A stretch of DNA of 64,000 nucleotides from Eledone cirrhosa (GCA_964016885.1 OZ024742.1:170314001-170378000); one strand, 5' to 3'; counted from the stretch's first letter, positions 1 through 13,271 are shown. A program made the numbers and translations. The notes: generated by a model not told the origin, from the sequence alone.

Positions 1-239
1 TGTTATTGTTGTTAGTGTAGTTGTAGTTGTTTTTGCTGCTGCTGTTATTGATGTGGTTGTTGCTGCTGCTGTTGTTGTTGGTGTTTTCTGTCTCTGAACA
101 GCTGATCATTCTGCCAAACCAAAAGATCTGCTTGTCTTACATATCTTGTTTCTAATCAGGACTATTTTTTTTTTATTACATTTTGAAACACACAGGGACT
201 GACAGATTAACTAACAATGATAATAGTCTTTTCATAGTC

Positions 240-910
240 ATCATCATCATAGTCTGTCACTGTAATTGTTGATGTTTATACATCAGCTTTCTACACTTTC
301 ATGGGTTAGATGGGTTGTCACCTACTGAGGCTAGACTTGTCAGATGGCCATGTCTTGTTCATACATTCCATATTTGGCCTAATTCCTATGGTTGGATGCC
401 CTTCCTAATACCAACTACCTTACATGTTGTACTTTGTGTGTTTTATCATGACAACAACTTTACAGAGTAGACTCGGTGCATTTTATTGTGGCACCAGCAC
501 TATCACTTTACAGAGTAGACTGGGTACATTTTATTGTGGCACCAGCACTATCACTTTAGAGTAGACTGGGTGCATTTTGTGGTACCAGCACTACTACTTT
601 ACAAGGTGAACTTGGTGCATTTTATTGTGGTACTAGCACTACCACTTTACAGGGTGAACTAAGTGTGCTTTATCATAGCACCAGCACTGCCACTTTACAG
701 GGGGGATTAGGTGATTTATCATGGCACTAGCACTACCGCTTTACAGGGTACATTTTATTGTAACACCAGCACTACCACTTTACAGGGTAGACTAGGTATA
801 TTTTGTGACACCAGCACTACCACTTTACAGGGTGAACTAGTTGTGTTTTGTGACCCCAACACTACCACTTTACAGGGTGGACTAGCTGTGTTTTATCATG
901 GCACCAGTAC
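240..910 (-). mobile_element. Non-autonomous RTE-tailed element with tandem ~43-bp monomers at its 5' end
   Basis: Decayed tail near 240-310 and the motif ggatgcccttcctaatacc, then about 11 degenerate copies of gcaccagcactaccactttacag...ctgggtgcattttattgtg (430-910). Confidence 0.65.
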
Positions 911-1217
911 AAAATTGTTAGAACATTGGTCAAATTGCTGTGGGATATTTGTTTCTGCCCTGTTCTGAGTTCAAATGCTGTCCATGTTAAATCAACTCTC
1001 TTGCTCCCAATTTTTTCAGTAGGCATGTGTCTGTATCTGTGTAAGTCCAAGCAATGGCTGCCAGATTCATTAATTGCTTACCAACATTTTATTTTAACAT
1101 ATGTTTGGATTCTAAATTAGCAGATATTCAAATTTTTGTAATTCATTATCATACATTCTTTTTCTCTAGTAGCATGGGTTTGACTAGGGTTGATAAACTG
1201 ATTTTCTTTAATATTAA

Positions 1218-1824
1218 CTCTTAACATCTTGTAAGGATTTAGCAGGTTTGTTAATTCAAATGTTTATAGTATCTTTATTAGTAGGCAGATCTTTGTGAAA
1301 TTTTCAGACTTTAATTTTTAATGTGGTGCAGTCATAGTGCTGTTTTGTACTAAATGTTTATAGTATCTTTGCTGTTGGACAGATTCTTGAGGAAATGGTG
1401 TAGCCATAATGTTGCATTGTACTTTTCAAGAATGTCTAACTAATGTGGTTTTCAATTAGTTAATTCAAACGTTTAACTCTTTAGCATTTACATTACTCTA
1501 TATTTACTATTGTATTTTCACGGTAAACACTTTATCTAGCATAATATCAAATCTACAAGATTTTGATATTTATTTTGAGGACCTACCATAATATAAGTAT
1601 GAGCAGCGAGTTACGGCTGGTTTGAACAGAAAGAGGTGAGAGAATTCTGGCTGAATACGGCTAGTTTAAATGCTAAAGGGTTAACTAGTGGGCAGTTCAT
1701 TGTGGAAATGTGCAGTATTAGAATAAAGGCTATAATGTTTAATGTGATGCAGTCATAGTGTTGTTTTGTTCTTTTCAAGAATGCTTTGCTAATGTTGGTC
1801 TCGTGAAGCAGAGGATGTTAAGAG
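1218..1824. mobile_element. TTAA-flanked MITE family 2 (piggyBac-like), with a nested family 1 MITE
   Basis: TTAA|ctcttaacatc ... gatgttaagag|TTAA inverted ends. The internal sequence aatgtgatgcagtcatagtgctgttttg recurs near 9860, 10020, 18720, 58850 and reversed near 25950 and 39080. Confidence 0.7.
1477..1680. mobile_element. TTAA-flanked MITE family 1 (~200 bp, piggyBac-like)
   Basis: TTAA|ctctttagcattta ... taaatgctaaaggg|TTAA; five copies in the window. Confidence 0.8.
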
Positions 1825-2019
1825 TTAATAATCTTGAACAGATCTTGTGGCAACATCTTCAACAGCGCAGCACAAAAACTTATTTTTAGCCTGTTCTGGT
1901 TTATGGCTTTTTTGCAGGCTAGTTTATTTATCTTTGGTTTGTTGATATCAATCTTTTTAAGACACAAATATCTTGCAATATGGAACATTTCTTGTTAAAG
2001 AAAATAAATGTTTTTAGTA

Positions 2020-2380
2020 AGACATCTACCACTACTACTACTACTACTGCAGCTCCTACTACTACTAATACCACAACTAACACTGCCATGACCAATACTA
2101 CTACTTCTGCCATCCCCACCACTACTATTATTACCACTACTAGCACTGCCACTACCAATACTACTACTTCTACTACAACTCTTGCTACCACCACCACTAC
2201 TACAACTACTACTAATACCACAACTAGCACTGCCATCACCAATACTACTACTACCATCCCCAATACTACTACTTCTATCATCCCCACCACTACTACGACC
2301 ATTAATACAACAACTAGCACTGCAACCACTAATAACACTACTACTGCTACTACCGATACAAGCACCACCACTATCACTAT
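2020..2380. repeat. Degenerate (ACT/ACC)n trinucleotide repeat
   Basis: Low-complexity actact/accacc run giving spurious Thr-rich and Val-rich ORFs. Confidence 0.9.
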
Positions 2381-2542
2381 TATAGTCTATTTGACTTTTT
2401 CTTTTTAATTCTCTAAATATTGGTCAGTTAAAATAAACAAACTCCATATCTTGCTATCCTTGTTTGTTATTTGATATGGAATTAAAAATAAGGAACCCTT
2501 AACAGCTGATGTTTTTTTTTTGTTTGTTTTATCTTATTTTTT

Positions 2543-3618
2543 GGATTGGCAGTATCGGTAGAGAGTCGGAGGCCATGCTTTCTAGCATAGTTACGCCCCT
2601 TTATGTTCTGAGTTCAAATCCTGCCACGGCTAACTTTGCATTTCATCCTTACTGGATTGATAAATTAAAGTACCAGTAATGCACTGAGATAATTGCTGGC
2701 CTTGTGCCAAAAGTAGAAATAATTGTTTCTACTTTTTGGCACAAGGCCAGCAATTAACCAGTGCATTACTGGTACTTTATTTTATCGACCCCGTAAGGAT
2801 GAAAGGCAAAGTTAACCTCGGCGGGATTCGAACTCAAAATGGCAAGAGCCGTAACTCTATGCGTCAAGGCATAGTGTCCAACCCTCTACCGATACTGCCA
2901 ATCCACCACCCAAAAGTAGAAATAATAATAATTATTATTATTTTGGCAGTATTGGTAGAGGTTTGGGCGCCATGCTTTGCAACATAGTTATGGCACTTTA
3001 TGATCGGAGTTCAAATCCCACCGAGGTTAACTTTGTCTTTCATCCTTACCAAGTCGATAAAATAAAGTACCAGTCACGCACTGGGGTCGATTTAATTGAC
3101 TTTCCCCTCCCCCAAAATTGCTGGCCTTGTGCCTATATAAGAAATCGTTATTATTATTATTATTAAGGGCAGTGGATTGGCAGTATTGGTAGAGCGTCGG
3201 ACACCATGCTTTGCAGCATAGTTATGGCCCTTTGCATTAAGTTCAAATCCCACCGAGGTTAACTTTGCCTTTCATCCTTACCAAGTCGATAAAATAAAGT
3301 AGCTGTAATGAGCTGGGGTTGATTTAATCGGTTTTCCCTTCCCCAGAATTGTTGGCCTTGTGCCTAAATCAGAAATAATTATTATTGTTATTAGGGCGGT
3401 GGATTGGCAGTATTGGTAGAGTGTTGGGCAACGTGCTTTGCGGTATATAGTTATGGCCGTTTACGTTCTGAGTTCAAATTCTGCTGATGTTAGCTTTGCC
3501 TTTCATCCTTATGAGCTTGATAAAATAAAGCACCAGTAATGCACTAGGGTCGGTTTAATTGACTTTCTCCTCATCTTCAAACTGCTGGCCTTGTGCCTAA
3601 AGTAGAAAGAATTATTAA
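2543..3618. mobile_element. Cluster of five tRNA-derived SINEs (family A): +, -, +, +, +
   Basis: A-box-like tggcagtattggtaga, B-box gagttcaaatcc, core gcctttcatcctta...gataaaataaagtaccagt and (ATT)n tails. Copies at about 2543-2723, 2724-2909 (-), 2944-3165, 3167-3393 and 3394-3618. Confidence 0.9.
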
Positions 3619-3715
3619 TATTTAATTATAAGTATTTTGAAATAGTAGTTTTGTAGGTTTCTTTCTTAAAACATATCTGCAGTGCTGAGCTAGAGGTCTA
3701 TAAATGGATCAGCTG

Positions 3716-3752
<37 letters not shown>

Positions 3753-5669
3753 ATGACTGTTTTCCTTTCTGAAATGGGTTCAATAGATTGTTGGCTGTAA
3801 CTAGATGGGTCAGATAATACATTTGATTTTTGCATGGTTTCTATGATTGTGACTTGTGATTTTGTCTCATAAGATTCATTATAAAGACCTGACCTACATT
3901 CATTTGATATTTTCATCAATATTGCTTGTGTCAACATCCCCTTTGTCATCATCACCTGTCATCATCATCACCTGTGCTCTCATCGCCTGCATTATCATCA
4001 CTTGTTATCATTATCTTATGGCTGTTTCTCACACTGGCATCAGTTTGACAGGTTGTCACCACCAGGTACTAGACTGGTCAGATGACCACATCTTGCTCAT
4101 ATATTCTATTTTAGTCAGTTTCTATGGCTAGATACCCTTCCTAATACTCACACACTTTACAGTGTGTACTGGGTGCATTTTATCGTGGCACCAACACTAC
4201 CACTTAGTGGGTACTAGGTGTATTTCGTTGTTACCAACATTACTTACCACTTATAGAGTGTCCTGGACATATTTTATTGTATCACCTAGTGTTCTGGGAG
4301 TATTTTATTGTTACCAGCACTAGAGCAATTGTCATGTCATCAGCAAAGCAGAGATGCAGCGAGTGTATGATGGCTGTGGCAGTGTGGATGGAGGAGAGTA
4401 TGTGTTGCTTAGCAATGTGTCAGTTTTGATTAAGCGAATCTATAACCAACTACACTCCAACCATGACCATCCTGTCGTTTTCTCAGGCATAGTTTATATA
4501 TGACATTATCCAATGTGGCCTTTTTCTTTAGATGGTAGGGTATTGTTTGAGGGTGATTTGGCCCTTGTTTCTTGCAGTTTGTTCCCGTGGAAAGGTTCCT
4601 TCGTTTGGTTGTGGACTTGATCCTTTACTAGAAGGTTCATCATCATCATTTAACGTCTATCTTCCACGCTAGCATGGTTACAGAGGGAAATCTTGATCAT
4701 GGGCAATTCTATTTATGGTCAATTTAGCCCTTTCATTGCCAAATTTTTAATGAAAGATGCTGCCAATGATTTTCAAATAATTTTGAAAGTAATCAAACAT
4801 TTTGAGAGGTTTTAAGCTGGTCTTTCATAAAATTATGATGGAAGGTTTAAATTTATATATGAACATAAATACTTTAAAAACAAAACAAGCAGTATAATAG
4901 AACCAAGGGCAATTTCAGGCAGTTACAGCTTACTATTTCAAGTTTTTGTGCTTCATTATTCTCGTCATTCTGAGGTGAAGAACAAGGCCTAAAATGTTAG
5001 ATTTTTCACCCTTCATCAAAATTGGATTTACCAAACATTCCTATGGACTAATTTTTGCTGACACAAACCTTCTTCAGATACCTGAGATTCTGGATTTTAC
5101 CATGAAGTATTAACCCTTTTCACACCTGGAACCACCTCTGGTTCTTCAAGACAAAACTGCTTGTTTTGAAGTGTTCATAATTATCTAATAACTCTCCTTC
5201 ATATCTTAATGTGGGGAACCTTTGTTAATCCTTTTGATACCAAACTGCCTGAAACAGTCCCTGGTACAAAACTGATTGTATGTTTGTATTTATTTTAATA
5301 GCTTTCTATCAGAATTTTATGTAAGAACCTTTCTTAAGTTATGTTCCAAACACCAGCTTAATAATGAGATAGGTTAAATCCCACCAGATTCTATATTTTC
5401 AAAATATGTAATGTCTTTCATTAGAAATATGGTAATGAAAAAGTTCTTGAAGTTGAAGTTGACCACAGGTGGCTGCTGGAATTTGTGACTTAATTCTAGG
5501 ATTTGGTAACTGCAAGTCCTTGTACTATTGAGTTCTGCATGCTCTTCTGGTAAATGGTCTTTACCTGCCCCCTTTAAGTGCACAAGGAGGACATTGCAAA
5601 AAAAAAAAAAAAACTTTTTCTTGTACAGGCAGCAGGGTTATTCCACAACAGTTGTTGCAGTCACCATTC

Positions 5670-5773
5670 GCTGAGGTTAACTTTGCCTTTCATCCTTACG
5701 GGGTCGATAAAATAAAGTACCAGTAATGCACTGGGTAATTGCTGGCCTTGTGCCAAAAGTAGAAACAATTATT
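5670..5773 (+). mobile_element. 5'-truncated young family A SINE (short subfamily)
   Basis: Near-identical to copies at 8976-9087, 12668-12742, 48975-49096 and 62585-62655 (-). Confidence 0.85.
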
Positions 5774-5820
5774 ACCCCATCATCCCAGACCTTTACAACT
5801 TGCTCTTCATGCCATATTAA

Positions 5821-6059
5821 CCCTTTTGTTACCATATTTCTAATGAAATATAATGGATCAGAGTTCATTTATGAAGAATTTAGAGGGATTTACTTGAATT
5901 ATTAGTTATTTCATCATTAAAATGCTTTAATATTTGTAACATAACGAGGTGTTTATATCAAATTATGTGAAAGATTTAAGTTCAAATAGGAAACCCTTTA
6001 AAATGGGTGGTCTTGTTTTATAGAATAACATGTGGTTTTAAGTGGGTTGGTATCAAGAG
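5821..6059. mobile_element. TTAA-flanked MITE family 3 (~240 bp)
   Basis: TTAA|cccttttgttacca ... tggtatcaagag|TTAA. Opposite-orientation copy at 40764-40991; many fragments, e.g. near 5230, 14940-15117, 23460-23695, 42080-42290, 46020 and 49870-50130. Confidence 0.7.
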
Positions 6060-7246
6060 TTAAGTTGTAAAGATGTCCCAACTCTTCTAACATGGGCCTA
6101 GCCTGGGAGCAGGTCACAGGGTTTGCAATCATGGAGATCTCTCATTACCCATTGCTCCATAGAGAACTAAAGAAGAAGAAGAATAACATGTTTAAAGAAG
6201 TTCAGTTAATCTTTGCTGAGGGTAGTTACCACAGGTTTTGTAGTGAATAAAATTTGTAATGTTTACAGTAGTTTAAAGACCAGAAGTAGTAATAAAAATT
6301 AATCAAACAGTTAACCTCATTTATTTTCATCTCAATAAAGACATTATGATAGTTGATTGACATAATTGGATCAATAAATCATTCATCTCTCCAATAGAAG
6401 TAAATAATGTATATTAATGCAATGATAAACTATTATTAAGCACAGTAACAAAACTACATATATATTCAAAATAGTATTGTCACTATAACTTTTGTCATTT
6501 AAAGATCTTTTTGTGATGGTGTGCTTCCTGGGTATCACACTTACTTTTCATTGAGCTAGATGGCAGTAAATTGACAGTCATTCCAGCTCTATACTCTCTC
6601 TGGGTTCAGATCCTGCTGAGGTCAATTCTGCATTTCATTCTTTCGAGGTCGATAAAAATAGGACCAGTTCAGTACTGGGGGTCGATGCTTCTCCCTCTCT
6701 TCCTATATTTCCATCCCCCCACAACCCCCTCCATCTACCTCACACACACCCTCCACCTATTCTCCTCCAAGAACAAGAAGAAATCTGCTGTCTTCCAGCA
6801 TGGTCACAGTCAAATGACTAAAACCAGTAAAAGAATATATTATATGGTTGCTCTATTTCAGAGAGAGAGAGAGAGAGAGAAAATGTTATATAAGAATATG
6901 AGAAGTAAATGCAGCATACAACTGCATAAAACATGTTTACTTAGATAAGTTCTTAAGTATATTCTCCCTACTTTAATGACTTGCAAGCCACAGGAATAAA
7001 TTGACAGTAAAATATCATTCGAGTTTTTATTGAAAAAGGTATTGAAGCTCGTTCGGATTGAATGATAACTAGACTTAACCCATTCATTACCATATTTCTG
7101 ATGAAATATATTGCTATGATATTCAATTAATTTAGTAATATAACTAACTTCTCATTAATCTTTTCGTTATATTTCTAATGAAAGACACTGCCTATGATTT
7201 TCATAATGAGGTAGTTCAATATATTTCATCCAATACACCAACTATT

Positions 7247-8232
7247 AAAAAAATAATGAAATTATTGTGTAAAGTGCTCAGGTGCACTACAACTCGTCAA
7301 AGGTGCATGTATAGTACATAGAATAATACACAAATGTCAGGGAAGTGAATAGTGTATGAGTCATAATATACATGTGTGTATGTGTATGGAGGGGGAACAT
7401 TAGGTGTAGTGTTGGCGAATCTCGGGAAGCATGGAGGCCTTAAAGGATGCAGTGTCTCGACAGCTAACAACCGATGCAGGTAGTTTGTTCCATGCTTCAG
7501 CAACTCTGAGCGTGAAAAAATGTTTCCGAAAGTCATGGGAACTGTACTGTTTTCTGACTTTGTGGGCATGCCCACGTGTGTTAGACACATGGAAATCAAA
7601 AAGGTACTCAGGGTTGTTGTTGGCAAGATAGTTAACAATTTTGTGGGTGTATACCAAGTCAGTTGCCAGGCGTCGGAGCTTCAATGTATCCATGCCCAGG
7701 GAAGCAAGGCGGTCAGAGTATGGTAGATGCCTGATGGAGGGTATTTGCTTGGTTGCACGTCTCTGAACAGTTTCCAGGCGGTCAATGTTCTGAGCAAGCT
7801 AGGGGTTCCAGACTGGTGATGCAAATTCTAAGTGTGGCCGCACCATAGCCATGTACAGCCTTAAATAGATAGCTGGAGAGCGGCTGACAAAGGTCTTGCT
7901 GAGTGATGCTAAGACACCCTCAGCCCTCTTGACAATTTTAGAGACGTGCTTCGACCAACGCAAATCGCTGCTGACCGTAATGCCCAGGTCACGTTCACAA
8001 GACTTCTTGATATTAGTGCTGTGGAGGGAGTATGTGGATGCTGGGTTTTTACTCCCAAAATGCATGGTGGTGCACTTGTCCACAGCTAGCTTGAGTTGCC
8101 AGTCTGAGATCCATTGTTGCATTGTGTCCAGGTCAGACTGCATGCAAGATCTATAGTGTTCAGGATCTGTCCTTTTTATCTCAAGGTACAGCTTGATGTC
8201 ATCTGCGTACTTTATTACTGTGGCATTCTTTA
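7247..8232 (-). mobile_element. 5'-truncated CR1/L2-group LINE (RT C-terminus and 3' UTR)
   Basis: Minus-strand KYADDIKLY, ERDLGI, MVRPHLEFASPVWNP and TRGH...RKHFFTLRVAEAWNKLP motifs, with a premature stop; 3' UTR ends in an AT-rich tail near 7250. Confidence 0.88.
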
Positions 8233-8259
8233 AGTTGCCAATCCACCACCATAGATGGT

Positions 8260-8494
8260 CTTCTTCTTCACCCATGTATTCCTGAGAGGGTCGTGGGGGC
8301 AGAGTCCTCAAAGACTCCTTTCGGTGGGTCCTGTCAGAAGCAGCTATCTCCAACTGATCCAGCTGGATCCCCAAGCAAGACAAGCCAAGCTCATGGATGT
8401 TATCCAACCATCTTGCTTGGGAATCTTCCTCTGGTTGGTTTTTGCCTTTAAAATCTGTCCAGCAATTCTTTCCTGAGACATTCTAATCACATGC
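8260..8494 (-). mobile_element. RTE-clade LINE 3' fragment with 11-bp target-site duplication
   Basis: GHVIRMSQERIA...WMDNI...LPPRPSQE C-terminus with a gaagaagaag tail; flanked by ccatagatggt at 8249-8259 and 8495-8505. Confidence 0.75.
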
Positions 8495-8506
8495 CCATAG
8501 ATGGTG

Positions 8507-8727
8507 ATAATAATAAGTTTTTGATTTAGAGACAAGGCCAACAATTTTTGGGGGCTGGGGAAAGTCGATTAAATTGACCTCAGTGTGATACTGGTACTTT
8601 ATTTTATTGCTCTATTAAGGATGAAAGGCAAAACTAACATCGGCAGGATTTGAACTCGGAATGTAAAGGACCATAACTATATACTGCAGAGCATGGCGTA
8701 CAACACTGACTCTGCCAATTCATCCCC
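8507..8727 (-). mobile_element. Family A SINE, full length
   Basis: Reverse complement of the 2543-3618 elements (ctggtactttattttat, ggatgaaaggcaaa, atttgaactc). Confidence 0.85.
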
Positions 8728-11700
8728 ATAATAATAATAATAATAATAATAATAACATAGAAGTGACTAAATAACTAACAATTGATGTGTTTATTAATTG
8801 GCAAAAATACACAAGAAGGGAACATGATAGCATAGTTTGTGTCTACAGATGATTCCCAACCTTCTTGATTCACGTTACTAATGAAAGCCACTGCTTTGAT
8901 TTTCAATTGATTTTGAAAATAATAGAAAATTTAAAGGAATTTACTAATATAACTTAAATGTTCTTACATTAAAATTTCAAATCCCGCCGAGGTCAACTTT
9001 GCCTTTCATCCTTACAGGGTCGATAAAATAAAGTACCAGTAATGTACTGGGTAATTTGCTGGCCTTGTGCCAAAAGTAGAAACAATTAAAATTATAATGA
9101 AATGTTTAAATTTAAACATGAACATTTTAAAACAAATAAATCAGGAAAGTTTCAGGTGGAGTGGGGTATGAAGAGGGGTAAAAACTATCTTATTTCCTGT
9201 ACAGTAGAGTATGGAGTAGGTTTAGTGTCAGCTATTGGATTATCCTATAAAAAGAATTGCTGTTATGGGTAAATATTTCTCTGATTGACAGGTTTATTTA
9301 AGCTGTTTATATAGTAGCATTTATACTTGGAACTGTTTATTATATTCAATGTAAACAAATTGATCTATCTTGTGTATAACATACACATACATACATACAA
9401 ATTACACATACATATATACATACACACGTTCTATCTAAATCTTTTAAGGTTTTCTTAATGATGTTTTGTTTAGACTTCCATGTTACTGACCTTTGTGTCA
9501 AATTAAATGTCTCTGTATTTTGTTGTGCTGTGTTCAAATTCACCAAGGCCAACTTTGTCTTTGATTCTTTCAAGGTTATTAAAGTACCAGTCCTCTACTG
9601 GGGGTTGATCTCTCTCTAAGAAATTGTCTGTTCCAACCTAGAGAGGTAGGGTGTCCACCATGTTTAAATACCAAAGATACATCATGTACCCTCAGCAGCA
9701 CCATCAGGAGTTAAGAACCCTTTCCTGACCTTTGTCATGAATCTGCTTACTAACTAGTTGCACAACTCGTGCTGAATACAATTTCCTATTATTTCAAAGT
9801 AGATGATTTTTCTCTGCCGACCATTGTGAAATTTTGCAGTATCAGAGTAATGACATTCATTTTTAATGTGGTGCAGTCATAGTGCTGTTTTATACTTTTC
9901 AAAATTGTCTTGCTAATGTGGTTTCATGTGGTTTGTTAATTCAAATGCTTATAGTATCTTTACTAGTGGACATATCATTTTAAAATTTTGTAATATCAGA
10001 GTAAATACTTTAATTTCTAATGTGATGCAGTCATAGTGCTGTTTTATACTTTCCAAGAATGTCTTGTTAATGTGGGTTCATGTGGTACAGGATATTAAGA
10101 GTTAATTAACTGACTTTGTAGAGAAGACTGTTTTGTTATGAGAACTTTTGTGTTTGATGTCATAAACTGAAATCTTTGGAAGTCAAAGAATAGCCAACCA
10201 GTTAGAAAGGAAGTTTATTGCTATACACCAAGGTACTCAATACAAATTAGGATGTTTCCGTCTTAATTTCTTGTTCTATATTTTAAACTCTGTCAGTTTA
10301 ACTAAAATAGTTCTGTATCTTATTCAGTGATTTTATGATTCAGTTACCCTGTGTTTGTTGCTACTGTTTTTGTTACTCTTGCCGCCAGTGACACATTTTA
10401 AGACCAACATACAGATTTTTTTTTTTGATTTTTTTTTTATATAAAACTTCTTGATTTACTATAAAAACAAACCTTATGGTTACAAAATAAAAACTAAACT
10501 AAATCAAATATTTTTATGTAGATTACTGGATTAATTTTACTATTAACTCTTTTGTTAGCATATTTCTAATGACTGTTGAGGTATATAGATGTAAATGAAA
10601 TGACTTGTGGTATACAGATGTAAATAGAATGACTGCTGTGGTAAATAGATGTAAATGGAATGACTGCAGTGGTATATAGATGTAAATGTAATTACCTCAG
10701 TGGTATCATCATCATCGTTACCGTTTAACATCCATTTTTCCATGCTTGGGTAGTCAGATGGGTAGTCTGCATCGAGAGACAAGTCTGGCCAGGACTGGCC
10801 ACACTGTACCTTGCTCTGATGGGTTTTTACAGCTGGATGCTCTTCAAATCTATTTATAGATATATAAACAAATATTAACAAAGCAGCCATTCCATTTATA
10901 TTCACTCAAATACTGACAATCATTCAATTTAGACCCATTTGATCTAATAATCCCTTTGCTTTTTTTAAATTGTCTTTAGCCAGTTTTTCATGTCTCAACT
11001 TCCACACTCCATAGTTCATATTTCTTTGTCTGTCAATTATTGCTACATATTTTTGGATTTAATCTGGTGTCTGGTTTAACATTGGCACCACCTAGTTCTT
11101 GGCTATCTTTAGCAAAGACCTTCATCTGGTTTAACATCAGCACTACCTAGCTCTTGGGTACCATTAGCAAAGTCTTTCATCTGGTTTAACACCAGTTCTT
11201 GCTGACCTTTCCCTTTCTTTCTCTTTCCCACTTTCTCTTATACCTCCTCTTTTTCCTCTTTCCCCTATCTTTCTCCTCTCTTTCCCTCTTTCCCCCCTAT
11301 CTTTCTCCTCTTTCCTCCTTTCATTCTCACTTTACCTTGTCTTTATCTCTCTATCACTGCTGGTTTAAACAGTTAATTATGAGGTGGTTGTCAATAGAAA
11401 TGGTAAGTTTAAGACTGACTTAGTGAAGGCGATGAAAAGGAATGATTCAACTACATATATAATACATCACACATTATCAGAAGATTGCAAATTATCATCA
11501 ACATCGCTATCTTCCATCATCATCACCACCATCATCTTCGTCATCACTATTATCATCATCATTTTGAAATAACTTTACTATGTAGGCATTATCTATAACC
11601 CCCCCCCCCCCAAATCCTCAAAATACTCTTTTGTGAGGTGTCTTCACTGTGAGTTTTTGTTTTGGTGGAATGTAAAGTTTGAGATTGCATGGTTATGGAA

Positions 11701-13271
11701 TTGGAACATGGAAATACAGACCTGAATAACATTTTATTGAGGTAATAGCTCCTCTGTTGCATTCCTTATTTTCTTTCAATGCTCTCTTCAGTTTGATAGT
11801 TGATAATGAGACCAGCTATAGAGTGGCTTTTGAAATTCTTCAGATACTATCAATTAAACAAATACAAATAGCTATTTAGTTTTGAAGTTAGTAGAAGCTG
11901 AAGATAAAAAAAAAAATCAAAAAAAAAATCTAATCTAACAACAGTGTTTACTTTATATTTCTGAATTGGTTCTTTTTTGAAAAAGAATTAGAATTCCAGT
12001 AATCTGTAACTTAACTAGCCAGAAGGGTTTATTGTAGATATGTATTAAAAATAAAAATATTAAAGATAAAGAATTTCTTTTCACATAAACAAGAAAGAAT
12101 TTGATAAGTTTAATACATACTTGTTGAGATAGATAATGTCATTTAAGTATAAATTTTACTAAAATTAAACTTTTGATTGGAGAGATGTAAATTTAAAGTT
12201 ATTTTATTGGGGCTGATCTCAGTTTCGCCTTTTGATACAAAACCACCCGAGACTGCCTAGTATTTATGATAGAAAACTGATTATTTAAAAAAAGTTTCTT
12301 TCCCCTCATCTTAGTTTCTAATATAAGCATAAGGTCAGCAAATTTGGGGGAAGGGAAAAGTTGATTAAATTAACCCCAGTACTAAACTGGCACTTTATTT
12401 ATTGACCTAGGTAGGGTGAAAGGCAAAGTTGATCTCAGCAGTATTTGAACTCAGAGAGAGTGTTTTTGATGATTCATCTGAACATTGATTGCTGACATTT
12501 TTGGCTTATCTATCCAGGTTTAGTGCCACTCACTCATACAGTCCATGATATTTCATGCATGGTTGAACACATCCATCCATATTTAAAACTTTTGTTATTA
12601 CAAATATGGCTTTACTTCTGTCATGTTAGTGTTTATATTCAAACCTTTCATCATTATTTTATTTTATATGGGGTCGATAAAATAAAGTACCAGTAATGCA
12701 CTGGGTAATTGCTGGCCTTGTGCCAAAAGTAGAAACAATTATTTTATTTTAAAAAGTTTCCTTAATGTTCTAGAATACCAGATATTTATGAAAAAGTTTA
12801 TTTTATTAAATTTCTCCAAATGTTTGGTTATTTTCAAAATAAATTGAAGCACACAGACAGTGTATTTAATTAGAAATACAGTAATGAAAGGGTTAAAATA
12901 AACAAACAAAACTCCTATGTCTACTTAATTTATCTTAACAAAATTAATCTGACTCCATGGAACTAGATAAGGCTTGTTGTTCTTCTCTTCTGACATAGAG
13001 TAACAAGTAATATATTTGTCACAGATATACTGATGTTAAAATGATGATGATACAGTGAGGAATATGTGTTCATTCAATATTTTACTTGATAGGAATAATC
13101 CTATTACATTCCTGAAATGATTTAAATCATTGTTTTCAAAGTATGTCATGAATGCCTTGATCTAATGCTCACAATTTTTCATGACTACTACAGCAGAGCA
13201 AATAGTGTTTTCCTTGTCTCAGTTGGTCAAAGATTTGTTCTGTTGTGACTATATGTCTAATTAATCAATTA

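Noticed and set aside
1980-2408. Thr-rich mucin-like ORF and antisense Val-rich ORF
   Set aside because: Product of a degenerate ACT/ACC repeat; no convincing splice context or non-repetitive domain.
7799-8407. Single 202-aa RT gene
   Set aside because: Chance in-frame fusion of an RTE 3' fragment, a SINE-head remnant and a truncated CR1/L2-like fragment.
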